Shown: in pieces, positions 44,840-54,168 of the stretch | Layout: each line of letters opens with the position of its first letter | Position numbering within the stretch: the stretch's first letter is position 1 | Source of the DNA: a virus | IMG/VR virus record: IMGVR_UViG_3300032805_000001 | Span: 32,001-96,000 of that record | DNA: 64,000 nt | Direction: 5' to 3' (one strand) | The notes under the pieces: generated by a model | The model's input: only the letters and a program-made list of their open reading frames with translations | Told to the model about the DNA's origin: nothing | Database searches by the model: none | Program-made: the position numbers and the translations under genes

Positions 44840-45171
44840 TGGCCTCCCGTCGCTGCCGGGGTCTCGCCGAGGTAAGCGCGGGCGACATCCAGGGCGTAGG
44901 CCCAGTGACCGGCTGCGTCCTTGCCGTGGACGGCGTAGTCGGCTGCGGCGAGCTGAAGCCAGTTAGCGACTGCGTGAGCTACGCCGGGGTGCATGTCTGC
45001 GATGTGCTCAGCGTTCGCGGGATTGAGGCCGTCTACGACAGTTTCCTGGTCACCGTCGATCACTTCGGTGTCGTTCTGTTTCCACGGGCTGGGCGCAGCA
45101 TGCTCAGCGCGTTCCCGCATCCGTTTGGCTGCGCGCCTCATCGTCTCGGCGGGGGATTCGGTACTGGTCAT
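44836..45171 (-). CDS. Hypothetical phage protein (Ead/Ea22-like)
   Basis: PSPW...NAEHIADMHPGVA. Confidence 0.65.
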   Translation of the reverse strand: MTSTESPAETMRRAAKRMRERAEHAAPSPWKQNDTEVIDGDQETVVDGLNPANAEHIADMHPGVAHAVANWLQLAAADYAVHGKDAAGHWAYALDVARAYLGETPAATGGQ

Positions 45172-45827
45172 GGTGTTACTGCTCCTCGGGGTTCTGTCGT
45201 TGCTGATGGTGCTGTCACTGCTGGTACGGATACTGATGGGCTCGCCGCGGCGGGCCTGGTGGCGGGTACGGCGGGCAGGGCCGGGGTCACCGTCGATGTG
45301 GGTGCTGCTGTCGCGGGTGCTGTCGCTGTCGGTGTGGCGGGGATCGTGGGGACGGTTTCACCCGGCGCCGGGGAGACAAAGCTGGAAGGGGTCTCAGACG
45401 GCTCTGGGATGGACGGAGACGGCCTTACGGGTGCGCCCCCGACCAATGACCCCACCGTCGTCCCCGAAGCCTTAGCGTGCCCCACAGAGGCTGCCAGGGA
45501 CTTGTGGAGCACCTTCGCCTCCACCCCCGACAAACCAGCCATCGACACAGCGAACACACCCACCGCGACAGCAGGAACCGCGACCGCGTACTGCCACGGC
45601 TTCGCCGGCTTCACCCGCCGCCACGGCAACTGCCGCGCGTGATACGTGGCCCGCAGGAACAGCCACCCCGCCACCACAGGCAGCACCGACCCGATCGCAG
45701 TCCCGGTCACAGTGCCCGTCGTCCCGGTGTGAGAACCGATCCACGCACCCGCCCAGGGAACCGCGAGAGCCGTGAACACCGCACCGCCAACCTGGGTGGG
45801 GGTGAGCTTCGGGGGGGCGTCCGTCAC
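45168..45827 (-). CDS. Membrane protein with Pro/Thr-rich tail
   Basis: Three hydrophobic segments then low-complexity PTA region. Confidence 0.7.
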   Translation of the reverse strand: MTDAPPKLTPTQVGGAVFTALAVPWAGAWIGSHTGTTGTVTGTAIGSVLPVVAGWLFLRATYHARQLPWRRVKPAKPWQYAVAVPAVAVGVFAVSMAGLSGVEAKVLHKSLAASVGHAKASGTTVGSLVGGAPVRPSPSIPEPSETPSSFVSPAPGETVPTIPATPTATAPATAAPTSTVTPALPAVPATRPAAASPSVSVPAVTAPSATTEPRGAVTP

Positions 45828-46114
45828 GCGACCCTCCGCAGGTGCCTGCGCCTGCCGTCCCGCCCGGTCCCCTCGGGATGGTCCCGCTCGTGCGCGGCCA
45901 CCGCAGCTTCCAGGACCCTCCGGTGTTCCTCCGCCTCTGTCGCGGTCACCGGCAGGAACCTGCCGGACGGTCCCGCCGGCTGCGGGCGGGCCGCTTCAGC
46001 GGCGAGAGCAGCAGCCCGTTCCGCCTGAGCGCACCAGCCGCACGGGGCTTCCCCCGCAGCCTGGTGGGCGAGCATCCCCCGCAGGGTGCCGCACGTCTCC
46101 CTGAACGTCGTCAC
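45824..46114 (-). CDS. Hypothetical protein with CGT...H...GE.PC..C motif
   Basis: GTG coupled to upstream stop; motif related to 42671-43135. Confidence 0.55.
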   Translation of the reverse strand: MTTFRETCGTLRGMLAHQAAGEAPCGWCAQAERAAALAAEAARPQPAGPSGRFLPVTATEAEEHRRVLEAAVAAHERDHPEGTGRDGRRRHLRRVA

Positions 46115-46389
46115 GCTGCGTCTCCCGTCCGGTTCGTGTCCCGGCCCCAGCCGCGTTCCGCGCGCAGCGCCCCGAGGATCTCCCGGCGTGTCTCCTCCGA
46201 CGATGGGGCACCCGTCTGGGGGCGTTCCCATGGGGCCAGCGCCTCGACCGGGCGCCAGCCGTTGCCGAGGAGCGCGGTCACGTAGCCGCGGGCGAACACT
46301 TCGTCGTCCTCTTCGGGGTCGCGGTGCTTCAGGCGGTAGACGAGCGCCTCAGTGGCGCGGGCAGCCTCCCGGTCAAGACTGGTCATCAC
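46111..46389 (-). CDS. Hypothetical protein
   Basis: GGAGG RBS, coupled. Confidence 0.6.
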   Translation of the reverse strand: MMTSLDREAARATEALVYRLKHRDPEEDDEVFARGYVTALLGNGWRPVEALAPWERPQTGAPSSEETRREILGALRAERGWGRDTNRTGDAA

Positions 46390-46625
46390 CGCACCTCCGG
46401 GACGGGAGCGACCCAGCCCGCGTTCAGGAACGCCGCGGTGATCACCCGGGCCAGCTCCTCAGCCGACAAGTTCAGGCCGCCGGGGAACACTCCCCCGCAG
46501 GTACGGGCGGCGGTGCGGAACATGTCCCAGGTGCGGACCAGGGCCTCAACCTCGCCCTCGATGAAGTCGAGAGGGGCGATGCCAAGGTCGTAGGACTCCC
46601 GGGCTTCCGGGCTCAAGTGGGTCAT
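46386..46625 (-). CDS. Hypothetical protein
   Basis: GGAGG RBS before ATG (MTHLSPEAR). Confidence 0.55.
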   Translation of the reverse strand: MTHLSPEARESYDLGIAPLDFIEGEVEALVRTWDMFRTAARTCGGVFPGGLNLSAEELARVITAAFLNAGWVAPVPEVR

Positions 46626-46641
46626 GACGCCGCCTCCGTGG

Positions 46642-46947
46642 TCACAGCGCATCCTCCGGGTTCCATCGCAAGGCATCCGTGCGCCGGTTCTGACGTGCTT
46701 CGATGTACGCCTCGTCCTCGGCTGCCCGCAGGGCGTACTCAGCGAGGACGAGGGCTTGCCGGGCTTCGGCCCACTGCTGCCGGGCCCGGCTGATCCTGGC
46801 CGGGTCGGCGTCTCCTGTGCGGACGTCCATGTAGTTCCGGGCGGTCGCGATGGCTGTGGCGTTAGCCGACCGGTACGCCTCGGCGAGGCATCTGAGGCAG
46901 TTGCAGCCGGGTTCGTGGGTGATGCCGAGCGGAATGGCGTCGGTCAT
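46642..46947 (-). CDS. Hypothetical protein
   Basis: ATG coupled to rep stop; H..GC.C..C. Confidence 0.55.
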   Translation of the reverse strand: MTDAIPLGITHEPGCNCLRCLAEAYRSANATAIATARNYMDVRTGDADPARISRARQQWAEARQALVLAEYALRAAEDEAYIEARQNRRTDALRWNPEDAL

Positions 46948-47744
46948 GCGGCATCTCCGTACAGCGGCAGGAATCGGGTCTTGGGGTCGGGTTCGCGTTC
47001 GATTGCAGCCTTGACGTAGGCGAATGGGTTGGCGACGGGCTGCCCGGCGAGGATCCGATCTCGCACCTTGGCGGCCCATTCGGCGCCGACGACGCGATCC
47101 GTGCGGTCGTAGAGGGTCTGAATGATCATGATCAAAATCGGATCATCGGGTACCCGATCGCTACGGTCCGCAGATTGATCACTTAGAGAAGTAATAGATC
47201 TATCTATCTCTGACTCTGACTCTGCGATCGATACCCGATCCGACCCCGATCGGGTAGGCGATTCGCCCTCCCGATCGGGTACCCGATCACCTCCCGATCG
47301 GGTAGGCGGCTCGGGGTGAGGACAGAGGGGGCAGTCAGGGTCGATACGGCCCCGTCCGACATGCCACCGCTTGTGGTTGCCGAGCGAGCCACCCTTCCCC
47401 ATCGCTGTGCGCGCCTCATGCGCCTCCTCGGCGCTGCGCTGATGCACCAGGTAGTCGTGGATGACGTAATCCCCGGGGCTGGGCTGCGGGCAGCGTTTGC
47501 AGTCATGCCCGGGTCCGTGCCAGAGGTCGTTGGCGAGCAGCAGTCTGGCGAGTTTCAGCGGCTGCTTGCGATCCGATAGGCGCGGCACCATGCCCTGGGG
47601 AAAGAACCCGTCGGTGAGGTTGCGGGAAGCGTAGGCCATGGCGCAGACGTGCAGCCACGCAGCGTCGCCGCCGACGGTGATGATTTTCCGGTTCTCAGGC
47701 AGATCGTCGGCCATCCTGAAGTAGGTGCGGCTGTCACCGCCCAC
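46944..47744 (-). CDS. Phage replication initiator (replisome organiser-like)
   Basis: YFRMADDLPENRK...YASRNLTDGF...YVIHDYL.HQ; internal iterons. Confidence 0.75.
   Translation of the reverse strand: MGGDSRTYFRMADDLPENRKIITVGGDAAWLHVCAMAYASRNLTDGFFPQGMVPRLSDRKQPLKLARLLLANDLWHGPGHDCKRCPQPSPGDYVIHDYLVHQRSAEEAHEARTAMGKGGSLGNHKRWHVGRGRIDPDCPLCPHPEPPTRSGGDRVPDREGESPTRSGSDRVSIAESESEIDRSITSLSDQSADRSDRVPDDPILIMIIQTLYDRTDRVVGAEWAAKVRDRILAGQPVANPFAYVKAAIEREPDPKTRFLPLYGDAA
47145..47306. repeat. Iteron-like repeats and AT-rich tract (candidate origin)
   Basis: CCCGATCGGGTA x3 plus GGGTACCCGATC copies beside CTTAGAGAAGTAATAGATCTATCTATCT. Confidence 0.6.
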
Positions 47745-47960
47745 CTACGCCTCCCCTCTGGGTGTTGCCGATGATGTCTATCCCGGCGGCCACCTCACGA
47801 GGCATGCCGTCGAACGTGAGCCTATACGTGCGCCGACGCATGGTGCAAGTCGCGCCGCTCCGCATGCGCATGGTAAGGTGATCCCAGTTGCGACCTGGAT
47901 CGCGATAACGAGCATGTTGCGGACCTTGCGCCGCAGCACGCCAGCCCCGATAGTTGGAGC

Positions 47961-48215
47961 GTGGACGTGGTAGAGGAGCTGGTCGCCGAAGCGGCGGCAG
48001 CGAACAAGGCAAAAGCGGCGTACGACGCCCACCTGAAGCGTGTCCGTGAACTGCTGCCCATCGTCCGGAAAGAACGCCCGGACCTGACAGTCGTCCGGCT
48101 GGAAGCCATGATCGGCCGCGCCTACGACCGGGGTACCATCTCCCGCTACACCGCCGAAGCGGCCGGTACCGCGAAGAAGGCAAAGCCCGGCCGTGAGCCG
48201 CATCCCGCTTCCTGA
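47961..48215 (+). CDS. Small HTH-like protein, antisense to early operon
   Basis: Helical 84 aa; YDRGTISR. Confidence 0.6.
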   Translation: MDVVEELVAEAAAANKAKAAYDAHLKRVRELLPIVRKERPDLTVVRLEAMIGRAYDRGTISRYTAEAAGTAKKAKPGREPHPAS

Positions 48216-48496
48216 CCCGCCCACTAACGCCACCGCCCCCTCATCCCGCACTACCCGCACCTCTGCCGGGTCCGTGACCTCATCCAGGTCCCGGGTGCTG
48301 ACTTTCCACACCTCACCGCGATCCGCGATGAGCACCTCAACCCACCCGGTCCTTCTGCCGATGACTCCCGACACTCCGAGCACCCTGGCGTCGCCGGTGA
48401 ACCCCTTACAGGCAGCTTCAGCGCCGGCGAGGAGAGCGGTGAGCCGCCCATCCTGGGATGCGGGGAGGACCGGTGGCGGCAGGAGGGCGGGGGCGG

Positions 48497-48745
48497 TCAT
48501 GCGGCGTCCTGCCAGAGTGCGAGCTGCCCGGCCTGCGGCGGCTCGCGGGCATCAAGCCAGTTAGTGACAGCGGCGTAGTCGGCGGGCCTGCCGGGAAACC
48601 GGGTCCGCGGGTCGTTGACCTGGGCGGCGAGGATGCGCCGCATCGCGGGCACGATCGGGTCGTCCCAGGCGGCGATGGCGGTGCGCCCGTCAGGGAGGTG
48701 GGAGCACACCCAGTGGCCCGGCGGGAGGTCGCGGATGCTGGTCAT
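48497..48745 (-). CDS. Hypothetical protein
   Basis: Coupled in operon. Confidence 0.55.
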   Translation of the reverse strand: MTSIRDLPPGHWVCSHLPDGRTAIAAWDDPIVPAMRRILAAQVNDPRTRFPGRPADYAAVTNWLDAREPPQAGQLALWQDAA

Positions 48746-49155
48746 GCTGTTCTCGCCGCGAGCCGGCTGATAGCGGTGAGCTCGCGCGCCATCCGCCCCG
48801 ACAGATAATCCCCGGGCCTCCAGACCGACCAGTCCTGCCCTGCTGCTGTGAGCGCTTCTCCCATTGCCTGCTGTGCCGGGGACAGTTTCCCTTTGGCTGT
48901 TTTCAGTTCCCGCCAGAGGATGCCGTCAGAGCCCACTAGGAGATCGTCGGGGACGCCGGGGGTGGTACCGCGGCTGGAATAGACGTGGATGCGGATGACG
49001 CCGAGGTCGTTGCAGATGGCCCGGACGTGTTCCTCGAGTTCCGCTTCGCTCATCGCCGCGGCGAGCGCGTCCCGGCCGTCTGCTGACCCGGCGGCGGAAG
49101 ACCTGCCCCTTCCCCTGAGCTGGCCTTCCGCCACCGGGAGTTCTGGGGTGTTCAC
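48742..49155 (-). CDS. VRR-NUC domain nuclease
   Basis: MSEAEL...GVPD...WRELKT.KGKLS.AQ...VWRP. Confidence 0.88.
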   Translation of the reverse strand: MNTPELPVAEGQLRGRGRSSAAGSADGRDALAAAMSEAELEEHVRAICNDLGVIRIHVYSSRGTTPGVPDDLLVGSDGILWRELKTAKGKLSPAQQAMGEALTAAGQDWSVWRPGDYLSGRMARELTAISRLAARTA

Positions 49156-49424
49156 GGTTCCGCGCCCACGGGTACCGGTTCCCGTTCCGCGGCGAGACGT
49201 GCCCGCGCCGCGTCTCGCTGTTCGATCGAGCGGGTGATCCGCTGCCATTCGCGTACCAGGACAGCCGCCTCGGCGAGGAGCACACCGTCGCTCCACGGGG
49301 CGCCTAGCACGTGGAGTGTTGCCGGGTCGCAGGCTTCGGTGACTTTGGCGCGGATCCGGCTCATGATGAGGTCGCGGCGTTCAACGTCGGTGACTTTCAC
49401 CCTGTACTTGTCGTCGCCCCTCAT
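49152..49424 (-). CDS. Hypothetical protein
   Basis: Coupled in operon. Confidence 0.5.
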   Translation of the reverse strand: MRGDDKYRVKVTDVERRDLIMSRIRAKVTEACDPATLHVLGAPWSDGVLLAEAAVLVREWQRITRSIEQRDAARARLAAEREPVPVGAEP

Positions 49425-49588
49425 GCGGGTACCAGGTCGATCCACCGGGTGCCTGAGGCCGGGCATGGTTCGCCTGTGGTGTCGTTGTGCCTGGCGACCA
49501 CGAACGGGTCTGTGGGGGTGCCGGAGCCGCCTAGCAGGGTCCGTTCGCGGCAGGTGAAGCAGATGTGCACGGTCATGTCCGCGGTCAT
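49421..49588 (-). CDS. Small Zn-ribbon protein
   Basis: AAAGGA RBS; CFTC...H...CPASG. Confidence 0.5.
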   Translation of the reverse strand: MTADMTVHICFTCRERTLLGGSGTPTDPFVVARHNDTTGEPCPASGTRWIDLVPA

Positions 49589-49623
49589 GTCGGGGGTCCT
49601 TTCGGGGGTACGGAGCGGGCGGT

Positions 49624-50148
49624 TCACGCGGCCGATCCTCCGTCCGGCTCGTAGTCGATCCACTCGCCTGTGCATGTGGGCCAGACGCGGACCCCGCTGC
49701 CGTCTTCGTAGCCGTGCACGAGAACGGGCAGCAGGCCGGGGAGGCGTGCCGCGCCGGGGACGATGAGTCCTTCGGCGAGGGCGAAGAACCGTTCCCGGTG
49801 GGCGAGTTCATGGCCGGCCACGCACAAGCTCACGAGATTGCAGCAGCAGTCCGCGTGGGCGCGGGTGTCGCCGCCGTGGCCTTTGAGCCGGCGGTGGTGC
49901 TGGTGTTTGGCGGGGAGCCCGCAGTGCACGCATAGGCCGAGGTCTCGTCTGGTGACGAGACGCCGGATGTCCGGGGGGATCGTGTCGCGTGGTGCGGTGC
50001 GGCGGGCGGTTTCCAGTTTGATGACGGGCGCGAGATGCTGCCCGGTGATCTTGGTGACCGTGCCGGGCTGCCTGGTGCGGGACAGTCCGCTGGTGCGGGA
50101 CAGTCCCTTGTAACCCTCGCTGGGACGGAGGGGTGTTGTGCGGTTCAC
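49624..50148 (-). CDS. HNH endonuclease
   Basis: RRDLGLCVHCG...HHRR...GG...NLVSLC..GH. Confidence 0.8.
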   Translation of the reverse strand: MNRTTPLRPSEGYKGLSRTSGLSRTRQPGTVTKITGQHLAPVIKLETARRTAPRDTIPPDIRRLVTRRDLGLCVHCGLPAKHQHHRRLKGHGGDTRAHADCCCNLVSLCVAGHELAHRERFFALAEGLIVPGAARLPGLLPVLVHGYEDGSGVRVWPTCTGEWIDYEPDGGSAA

Positions 50149-50263
50149 CAGAGCACCTCCAGGTGGCATCCGTGCTCACAGGGCGGCCCGTCGCAGGCCT
50201 CACAGTCGCCTGCGCCGCAGGTCTCGGGGTTGATCAGGGTGGCTGGTTCCGGGTCGCGGTGCA

Positions 50264-50647
50264 TCACGCCCCCGCCCCGGCCATCTCGTAGGCCTGCCGC
50301 ACGCTGGCCCCGAGCGAGCGGACGATTTCGGCTTGGTCGCGGAGCACCCGCAGATGGTCTTGTGCGGATTCGCGGGTGACGACGGCCCGGTCGTAGGTGA
50401 ACTGAAGGTCGGTCACCTTGTCGTCGACCCAGGCGTCCCGTTCGGCGGTGGTGACACCGCCGCGGGTGACTTTGGGTGCCTGCCCGGACAGGAGAGCCCG
50501 GCGGCGGGCCCGGTTCAGTTCATGCTTGGCGTCAACTTCGACGTCGCGGGCCTGCGCGAGGGCTTGCTGCGCGCGGGTCAGGTCGGTGACGAGGCTGCGA
50601 AGTTTCGCTTCCACCGCCAGCGGCGTCAAAGGCTCAGCCGCGGTCAT
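50264..50647 (-). CDS. Coiled-coil phage protein
   Basis: Helical, IVRSLGASVRQAY. Confidence 0.7.
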   Translation of the reverse strand: MTAAEPLTPLAVEAKLRSLVTDLTRAQQALAQARDVEVDAKHELNRARRRALLSGQAPKVTRGGVTTAERDAWVDDKVTDLQFTYDRAVVTRESAQDHLRVLRDQAEIVRSLGASVRQAYEMAGAGA

Positions 50648-51180
50648 GCTGCCCTCGGCTCACCCTGGTCCGCGGAATCCTCAGCCGGGCCGGGGAGGAG
50701 CTCGGCGGGGGCGACGAGGTTCACGCCCTGCAGGTCGCCGTTCCGCCACGCCTCCGCGATGGCTTCCCTGCCGCTGGTCTCGAACCGGATCGACACGTAC
50801 GGCTTCGACTCGCCGACCTCAATACCCGGCACCACTTCCCCGGTAGCCGGGTCGATCGCCCTGCCGGCTTTCTTTGCCGCGTCGGTCAGCTTCTTGACGT
50901 AACTGGGCCGGATGACCATTTCCACTTCGCCGGGATGGTTGGCGAGCACCCACGCCATCAGCAGTTCCTCGCTGGCGACGTAAGCGGAGTGACCTTCCCC
51001 GCCGGCCATGGACACTGTGGCGACCTTCGTGCCGTCGGGCAGGCGCGCGGCAGCCCGGTTGGTTTCCGTCGCGGTGAAGCTCGCTTCAGCTTGCAGTTTG
51101 AGAGTTTTGAGGCGGTCGCTGATGAGGTCGCCGAGGGCCTTGACGACGACTGCCTGCATTGCGGTTTCGCTGAGTTTCAC
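50644..51180 (-). CDS. Phage recombination-module protein (Gam/Gp157-like)
   Basis: DPATGEVVPGIEV; adjacent to ERF. Confidence 0.65.
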   Translation of the reverse strand: MKLSETAMQAVVVKALGDLISDRLKTLKLQAEASFTATETNRAAARLPDGTKVATVSMAGGEGHSAYVASEELLMAWVLANHPGEVEMVIRPSYVKKLTDAAKKAGRAIDPATGEVVPGIEVGESKPYVSIRFETSGREAIAEAWRNGDLQGVNLVAPAELLPGPAEDSADQGEPRAA

Positions 51181-52058
51181 GCCGCCCCCTTGGCTGCTGC
51201 CTGCTCGTTCATGACGGCGGCCACCTTGGCGGCGATCAGGCCTTCAAGACCTTTCCGGTCCGCCGGCGTGCAGGTGCCGTCGTTGAAGGCCGCAACGACC
51301 TTTCCCCAGACTTTGGTGCCGTCTTCCCGGCTACTGATGCCATCGATCTCGCGCTCGATCACCTCAAGCCAGGCGGGAGCTGACTGTGCGGGTTCCGGCC
51401 GGGTGGCGTGCGGTTTGGGATCCGGTCCCGGCACGGGTGCGAGCGCCCGGGGTGCTGCCTCTTGGGTGCCGTCGCTGTTTCCGGTGTCACTGTCCGTGGT
51501 GGCCTGTGCGGCAGGCTTAGCGGTGTGGGCGCGCGATGGGTTCTGCTGCGTCCAGGGCCGGGCTGGTGCCGCGTTTTCAAACACGTCCCCCGCCGACTGG
51601 CGGTAGGACTGCTCGGCTGCCCCGGCGTCGTCGTCGTCGCCGTCCGGTGCGACCCCGGTCACGGCGCACAGAGAGTACCGGCGGGCATACGTGATCGCCC
51701 CGCCGATCGCCTGTGGCGTCCCGTTTGACGGCAGCGGGTACACACCCTCATCGGTCTCGCCGGAGATGTGTGTGAGCTTGTACACGAGAACGAACTGCCC
51801 GTCGATCAGGGTCGGTTTGGATGTGAATGCGAGGCCATGCTTGGCGAGCCTCGGGAGAACCGCCTGGGACACGTCGGCAAGGTCGGCGTACTTGTACGTG
51901 TAGCCCTGCTTGCCGTCCTTGCCGGGAACCTTGGCGGTCTCGCCCTTGCCGATTCTCGGCAGGTCGGCTTGCAGGGCGGCGAGGGCCGCAAACAGGTTGT
52001 CTTGTGCGCTCACGCTGTCACCTTCTTCCCGGGTCGTGGCCGTGCTGGGTGCGCTCAT
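51177..52058 (-). CDS. erf: ERF-family ssDNA-annealing protein
   Basis: YKYADL, LTHISGE, QAIGGAITYARRYSL...DDDD. Confidence 0.92.
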   Translation of the reverse strand: MSAPSTATTREEGDSVSAQDNLFAALAALQADLPRIGKGETAKVPGKDGKQGYTYKYADLADVSQAVLPRLAKHGLAFTSKPTLIDGQFVLVYKLTHISGETDEGVYPLPSNGTPQAIGGAITYARRYSLCAVTGVAPDGDDDDAGAAEQSYRQSAGDVFENAAPARPWTQQNPSRAHTAKPAAQATTDSDTGNSDGTQEAAPRALAPVPGPDPKPHATRPEPAQSAPAWLEVIEREIDGISSREDGTKVWGKVVAAFNDGTCTPADRKGLEGLIAAKVAAVMNEQAAAKGAA

Positions 52059-52062
52059 GCCG

Positions 52063-52461
52063 TCACCGGCCTTTCCGGGGCGATGGAGGTGATGACTTCT
52101 CCGGGGCGATGGAGGTGATAACTTCCGGGATGCGCCACTCGCCGTCTGCCTGCTCGCACGTGTCTTTGCGGTAGGCGGCAAGTTCGACTTTCACGCCGTG
52201 AAGGTCACCGTCCAGGTAGAGGTAGGCGTCCTGGTCGCCTCCTTCGCGGTAGGTGTCGATCCGGCTGGTGAAAGCGCACGGAATTGCCTGCATCGCGTAC
52301 CGCATCTCGGTCACCGGGTCTGGCGAGCTGAGATAGTGAAAGGTGATGGGGCTAACTGCTCCCTGGTACGGGAGCGGCAGGTCGTTGTTCTGGTCGATCG
52401 CGTCGGCGAGGGCACGCAGGCCCCTTGTGAAGGCTTCCCGGCTGGCTGGTTGCCTGGCCAT
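52063..52461 (-). CDS. Hypothetical phage protein
   Basis: GLRALADAI...DLPLPY. Confidence 0.65.
   Translation of the reverse strand: MARQPASREAFTRGLRALADAIDQNNDLPLPYQGAVSPITFHYLSSPDPVTEMRYAMQAIPCAFTSRIDTYREGGDQDAYLYLDGDLHGVKVELAAYRKDTCEQADGEWRIPEVITSIAPEKSSPPSPRKGR
52074..52125. repeat. 26-bp tandem duplication
   Basis: TCCGGGGCGATGGAGGTGAT(G/A)ACTTC x2. Confidence 0.85.
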
Positions 52462-52955
52462 CAGGCGGCTCCCCCTTCGATCGCGGCGATGGGATGGACA
52501 CCGAAACTGGCTTCGTACCGGCGGGCGCACCGCGGGCACCGCCACACCGCCCCGAACAGGTCCTGCCGCCACCCGCACCGCTCGCTGGCCGCGTACAAGC
52601 CGGCGAACCCGTCAGCGTTGGTGTCGCGGAACTCACGTGAGCACCCAAAACACCGGATGCCGAAGCGGAAGTCGCTCAGGCGGGGGGTGCATTGCACGCC
52701 GTCCCGGCAGGCGGAGAAGATCGGCGGTTCCTGGGAGACGTGCCGGGGCCGGTACGGGGCGGGCACGGTCTGCGTGTCAGCTATCGACCCTGGTTCGGGA
52801 GGGAACGCGCTGAGAGGAAGGACCGTGACCGGGCCGTAAAGCATCTGGGTCGCGGCACCGTCCACCAGAACGGCGGGAAACTGGCGGGCGGATGCGGCAG
52901 TGCGGGCGGTCACGGCTTCCGGGGTGTGCCTGCCGCGCCGCGCCCGGAACCTCAT
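52461..52955 (-). CDS. Hypothetical Zn-binding protein
   Basis: CFGC...GW...WRCPRC. Confidence 0.6.
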   Translation of the reverse strand: MRFRARRGRHTPEAVTARTAASARQFPAVLVDGAATQMLYGPVTVLPLSAFPPEPGSIADTQTVPAPYRPRHVSQEPPIFSACRDGVQCTPRLSDFRFGIRCFGCSREFRDTNADGFAGLYAASERCGWRQDLFGAVWRCPRCARRYEASFGVHPIAAIEGGAA

Positions 52956-53224
52956 GCCGCAGCCCCCACGTCCGTGAGGTCGGGCACGAGCATCTCCCAT
53001 TCGACGGGGGCGGCCGTGTCCCGGCCCGCGTAGAACGCGGCGAGGTCCCGTGCTTGCGGCGGCAGGGCAACAGTCGCCTGGCTGCCGCCGGGGATGCGGA
53101 AGACCACACGGTCGCCGCAGTCGATGATGATGGTGCCGCGCGGCACTGTCCTGCTGAGCGCGAGCACGATCGCGTCACCGGCCACGATGTCTTCGGCTGT
53201 CATGGCCACCCGTGCGGTTCTCAT
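52952..53224 (-). CDS. Hypothetical protein
   Basis: Coupled in operon. Confidence 0.55.
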   Translation of the reverse strand: MRTARVAMTAEDIVAGDAIVLALSRTVPRGTIIIDCGDRVVFRIPGGSQATVALPPQARDLAAFYAGRDTAAPVEWEMLVPDLTDVGAAA

Positions 53225-53499
53225 GCCGCCGGCTTCCCGTGCCGCTGCTGCTGCAGCGTGGCGACGGTCATGGTGGCGGCGAGCAGGTCGCGGACTTCGC
53301 GTTCCCTGTACCGGCGGTGGCCGCCGAGCGTGCGGACACACGAGATCCTGCCCGCCTTCGCCCACCTGGTGACTGTCTTCGGGTCGACCCGGAAGATCGT
53401 CGCGACTTCGGTTGGCGTCAGCAGCGGCCCGTTTTCGTCGGCGAGGGACGGGGCGGGGGGCGGGGTGGGGGATGGGACGGAAGCAAGAACCTTAGCCAT
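53221..53499 (-). CDS. bldC: BldC-family MerR-like HTH regulator
   Basis: LLTPTEVATIFRVDPKTVTRWAKAGRISCVRTLGGHRRYREREVRDLL closely matches the BldC signature. Confidence 0.88.
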   Translation of the reverse strand: MAKVLASVPSPTPPPAPSLADENGPLLTPTEVATIFRVDPKTVTRWAKAGRISCVRTLGGHRRYREREVRDLLAATMTVATLQQQRHGKPAA

Positions 53500-53585
53500 G
53501 AGGCTTCTTCCCTTTCGCTGGTAAAGTTGGTGCGCGGCTTCTTCCCGCACCAATGCCTCCCGGTTGCGCGGGGGGCATTGACTTT

Positions 53586-53711
53586 TCAGGCGGCCTCCGG
53601 GATGCGGAGGATGAGCGCTGTTTCCTGCGCGGGCGTGAACGGGGGGTAGCTGTCCACTTCGGCGCGGATGCGTTCTTGATCCTCGGGCGGCAGGCTGCTC
53701 AGGGCCTTCAT
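53586..53711 (-). CDS. Small protein downstream of cro (41 aa)
   Basis: ATGA overlap; PPFTPAQ. Confidence 0.5.
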   Translation of the reverse strand: MKALSSLPPEDQERIRAEVDSYPPFTPAQETALILRIPEAA

Positions 53712-53968
53712 GCCGCGTCGGCGGTGTCGGTTTCTTCGGGGTTTTCTTCGCCGTCGTCCCTGACGATGGCGGAATAGTCCACTTTGAGGGCGTTGGCGAT
53801 CTGATGCATGAACACCTTGCTGGTGTTTGGCTCACGGCCCTCGATGTTCCAGATGGACTGCGGGTGCCTGCCGATCTTGCGCGCGAGCTGAGGCACGGTG
53901 ATTCCGCGTTCCTCGCGGAGGCGGCGCAGCTCTGCTCCGTTCGGCTTTATTGTTCGGACTGGAGGCAT
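53708..53968 (-). CDS. Cro-like XRE HTH regulator
   Basis: LRRLREERGITVPQLARKIG...IWNIEG...IANALKV; heads early operon; TATTCT 6 nt upstream. Confidence 0.85.
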   Translation of the reverse strand: MPPVRTIKPNGAELRRLREERGITVPQLARKIGRHPQSIWNIEGREPNTSKVFMHQIANALKVDYSAIVRDDGEENPEETDTADAA

Positions 53969-54168
53969 GTCACGAGAATATGAGACAAGTTGAGCTAAGC
54001 GCAAGTAGGACATGCCGTGAGTTGGAGAGGACCGATGATGCTCAAGTCAACTCTGAGCAACTAAGACCCGGGATACGCTGCTAAAACTTTGATAGAGTCG
54101 CGGACACTTGACGACTCTCAATCCCTCATACAGAGTCATACAGAGGGCAAACCAGAGGAGTTGCGTGA
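53969..54168. promoter_or_regulatory. Divergent cro/cI control region
   Basis: AT-richer 200 bp; TCATACAGAG x2; AGAGTCG/CGACTCT inverted repeat around TTGACG. Confidence 0.65.

Noticed and set aside
50072-50107. 18-bp tandem repeat in the HNH gene
   Set aside because: In-frame duplication encoding GLSRT twice; no sign of function.
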